Source: Paraspadella gotoi (taxonomy: Eukaryota > Animalia > Chaetognatha). Taken from it: 64,000 nucleotides of DNA. The notes below the pieces were generated by a model. It was not told the DNA's origin and did not search any database. It was given only the letters and a program-made list of their open reading frames with translations. The position numbers and the translations under genes were made by a program. Shown here one piece after another: positions 63,714-64,000 of the stretch. Position 1 is the first letter of the stretch. Each line of letters starts with the position of its first letter. The stretch spans positions 24,354,411-24,418,410 of the forward strand of contig CM119266.1 of NCBI GenBank assembly GCA_051294375.1, written 5' to 3'.

Positions 63714-64000
63714 GCTTCGTCCTTTGCCTTTCCTTGTTTAGCTTCGTGAAGACTCAAGATTAAAAACGTCGTTTATTTTTAGCCCCAGAAAAAAAGTTGT
63801 TAGGCGCTGCCAATGGCCGCGCCAACCGTTTGCCATCTCCTCGAAAAGACGATAGAATCAAAAAAGAGACAGACGCTTCGGCCGCAGCGCCGACCGCGGC
63901 ACTGACCCGCAGCGCTGACTGCAGCGCCGAAACAACGGCGCCGACCACAGTTCGGAGCGCGGAGACTAATGAGGAAAATGCGTCGCCTACTTTCGCCTCA
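63650..64000 (-). CDS. Possible frameshifted exon of an unidentified gene entering from the window edge
   Basis: GC-rich frame EAKVGDAFSSLVSALRTVVGAVVSALQSAL..., then FEEMANGWRGHWQRLTTFFLGL and a poly-Asp tail in shifted frames. Confidence 0.35.

Overview
Eukaryotic draft scaffold, most likely an invertebrate animal (inferred from an HYKK-type gene and GT-AG introns). It is AT-rich with dense (GA)n, (GTC)n and tetranucleotide microsatellites, many N gaps and long stretches that look like uncorrected long reads. Two host genes are well supported, both on the minus strand: a 3-exon ZIFL/YCR023C-like MFS transporter (9797->7555) and a 4-exon hydroxylysine-kinase-like gene (12506->10727, frameshifted in exon 1). 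The most unusual content is an unclassified multi-ORF repeat element. It occurs as a head-to-tail array of differently deleted copies at 1-~6300 and as a diverged copy at 50656-55671. It carries tightly packed, apparently intronless ORFs, several with a splice-acceptor-like sequence just before the ATG, and its largest ORF diverges between copies mainly by synonymous changes. I can see no transposase, RT, integrase, polymerase or capsid hallmark. About 24.8-36.0 kb is duplicated at 39.5-50.2 kb, probably an assembly or haplotype artifact. A ~2-kb unit recurs at 38.2-39.4 and 55.8-58.9 kb. Weak minus-strand coding fragments lie at 61-64 kb.
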